From Octopus sinensis (Eukaryota): DNA of 64,000 nucleotides. Shown piece by piece: positions 61,331 through 64,000 of the stretch. Under the pieces are notes generated by a model. It searched no databases, was not told the origin of the DNA, and saw only the letters and a program-made list of their open reading frames with translations. The DNA lies in assembly GCF_006345805.1 (NCBI RefSeq), contig NC_043000.1, positions 35,216,001-35,280,000 on the forward strand, in the 5' to 3' direction. Each line of letters opens with the position of its first letter. Position 1 is the stretch's first letter. Both the position numbers and the translations under genes were made by a program.

Positions 61331-63574
61331 GAGGCTATAGTAGAAGGTGCCACACAGTGGGACTAAACCCAGAACCATGTGGTTGGGGAGCAAGCTTCTT
61401 ACCACACAGTCACTCCTGCACCTAGAAATGAGCTTCTTTCAGTGTCCATCTACTCACAAGGCCTTGGCTGGCCCTAGGCTGTAATAGCAGATGCTACTCA
61501 CTGGGACTGAATCCAAAAAGCATGTGGGTGAAAAGCAAACTTCCTCCCACCCAGCCATGCTTGCATCTATGTATTTATAATGTCATTATATAACTTTAAG
61601 GTTATTAAACGCTCACAATACACTATGATTACTCTTGTGGAAATTCAATACCTTTCTGCTATTGATTAACAAACAGTTAATGCATTGAGATTTATACCTC
61701 TGTTTTAATTTGAGGAAATATTCTTCCTAGAACCAATCTCTTAAAATAGTGTGATTTTTGTTTTTTTATTTTATGTTTTGATTCCTCTCACTGGAAATAT
61801 TAGAAAGTCTCCCTATTTTTTCTTTCCCCAATTTCTTATAAGTAGAATAAATTTTTAGCACCAAGCAACACCAACATAGTCAGTCAGTTGTGTAACATTG
61901 GTATGGCTGGAAGAGTTAATGGAAGGTTTTAATGTTTTTAACAATTTTGAAATGACTTTGTCACAGATTCCCCATTCTGTGTTTGCTATTGAGGTTAAAT
62001 TAACTAATTGTTTTTAACATCAACATTTCCTTTTTAATTAGTTTTCATTTAAAATACTGCACAGCACAGTTGTTCGGCCACATCTTCCAGCCAGCCAGAT
62101 TCCCTGTAAACTGTCTGACATTTTAATTAATGCTGCTCTATAATTTACTATTTTTGTCTTCAGTTTGTGAATATCTTCCTCCTCTCTTTTACCTGATTCT
62201 ACTTTCTGAATTTAGGTAACTTTATTTTGTGAAACTTTTCACTTTTTAGTAAACTGGTTTAATTCTATCAAATTGACCTTTGTCAATGGTTTATTTAGAA
62301 TTAATTCTTATGTTAGGCAAAAACAACATTACCACGGTAACTTTATACAATATTTTCATGATTTATCATCTTTGATCAGTAATTTAGTCTACTAACAGAC
62401 TAGTTTGCTCTTTTTATTTTTGTTGAAATTCCTTGTGGCACAGTGAGGGCAAGTCATTTTGGAAAGGAATGCTGATTTTGACGACTGGGTTTGTTGTTGT
62501 CTCCTGGTTCTTCATTTCTTATAAGAAAACTCCAGATTATATTGGGTGCAAGTTTCTCATCTGTTAAAGTCTCCAGATTATGAATTTTGTGGTATGACTG
62601 GAAGTAAGGGAGGGTTGGGGCAGGTGATGACTGACAGAGCACAAAAAGATATGCAGAATAGTAATAATGATGCAGTCAGGCAAAAGATTAGGGAGGAGAG
62701 AAAGAGAGAGAGATGATATGTGGTTGGGTAAGTTGCTGGAATATATGGGCAAAGTGGCAAGCATAGCACATGAAGAAAGTAAAAGATATATGGTGGAGGG
62801 GGAGGGAGAGTTAATCTGGTGGCATAGTGGGAGAAGAGTGATCAATGTAAAGTGTGAGTGGAGAGAACAGTATGAATAGACGAAGGATAGATAACAAGTG
62901 AAATGGTTCTGGGGTGTCAGAAAAATAAATGTTATGAAGGAAGAGCTGCAGTTAGAGAGATACTGGGTGGTGTGGGTGTTTTGCTGAGAAAATAAATTTT
63001 AAAATCATTCTTTAAATTAACTTGAAAAATAAATTTTACCAAGAAATTGTTTCAAGTTACAGGAGGAGGCAAGCTAGCACTGTTATCCACACCTTCCCAT
63101 TCAGACTAGTTCACATCAGTTAAGCCACAAAAATCATCTGGAGACAAATGGCTGTTGCACTAATTACCTCCACACTGTAAATGTGTCTTCATTAGAAATC
63201 AATTAGCATCAAATCGTAGGAGGTAGGGGTTGAAGTTTAGTTTAACGAGTTCTCTTTAACAAAATAAATACTTGTAGAATAGAATCCAAGTAAAAAATTT
63301 TTTTGGTAAAATGTGAGAATGTTTTGACAACAAGAGCAAAAAAAAAAAGTGTGAATGGCAGCCACAATATGTTTAGTGGGAAATTTTTGACCTATGTAGC
63401 GGCGGTGGAGGTGGTGGTGCAGCTATAGATAATGCTAACCTAATTGTTATGCACTGTTGCTATGAGACATAATCTACAATATAGAAACGTATGACAGGAT
63501 GTCCACCAGTGTTGGGCATCCGGTTCTATTACCAGGTCAATTTCATGTTTTTCTGATGGTTGCTGAAATCGTTT

Positions 63575-64000
63575 CTCTACATCTCTCTCTCTCTCTCTCT
63601 TTCTCTTCCCACAAACTGAACTTCATCTCCCACTAACCCCCCACCCCTTACCGCTCTCACTCTCACTCCTTTTCTCTCCTTGTTACTCCTGATCTCTTTT
63701 CTTTCGCGCACATGTGCGTGTGCATGTGTGTGTACATACACATGCACACCTAAATATTGTGTGGGCAGATGTGTTTGTATATATATGTGTGCATGTGTGT
63801 GCATGTATGTATGTACATATGTATATCTGTATATATGTATGTATATATATATATATATATATTTATTTCTGTGTGTATATATATACTTGTGTGTGTATAT
63901 GCATGTATATATTTGTGTGTGTGTGTGTAAATATTTTTGTGTGTATATACATATATATGTATGTATATATTTTTGTGTGCCTGTATGTGTGTGTGTGTGT
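63575..64000. repeat. (CT)n followed by (TG/TA)n low-complexity tract
   Basis: Seen directly. Confidence 0.9.

Noticed and set aside
54322-64000. Search for forkhead-domain exons (RPPFTYA, WKNAVRHNLS) and a PLNLV-type CtBP motif
   Set aside because: Not found in the ORF track or by eye. These exons presumably lie beyond the window.
1-64000. Search for conserved bilaterian miRNAs (miR-1, 7, 8, 9, 10, 29, 92, 124, 184) and rRNA
   Set aside because: No convincing mature-sequence match seen by eye. An Infernal/MirGeneDB search would be needed to exclude them.

Overview
AT-rich, microsatellite- and SINE-dense animal DNA. The repeat types are typical of octopus (coleoid cephalopod) genomes. The window is the middle of a FoxP transcription-factor gene on the + strand. 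Six coding exons splice in frame: 15029-15376, 20545-20854, 41676-41909, 43452-43602, 48953-49040 and 54244-54321 (1209 nt, 403 codons). They encode the polyQ/polyA region, the MSPAEIQQLWKEV motif, the C2H2 zinc finger and the leucine zipper. I found no start exon and no forkhead-domain exons, so these probably lie outside the window. The introns hold several tRNA-derived SINE families, decayed RTE and R4/Dong LINE fragments, a pogo/Tc1-type MITE, a non-autonomous Helitron, Penelope-like remnants and simple repeats. Nearly all other ORFs in the supplied track are artefacts of microsatellites or repeats. The best leads are: a degenerate minimal hammerhead ribozyme fold (22851-22888); a 142-nt hairpin; a roughly 280-bp inverted repeat just upstream of the zinc-finger/zipper exon (a candidate ADAR substrate); a candidate spliced antisense transcript with a CAG repeat; and a possible internal promoter for a polyQ-less short FoxP isoform. 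Repeat boundaries are approximate and were read by eye.
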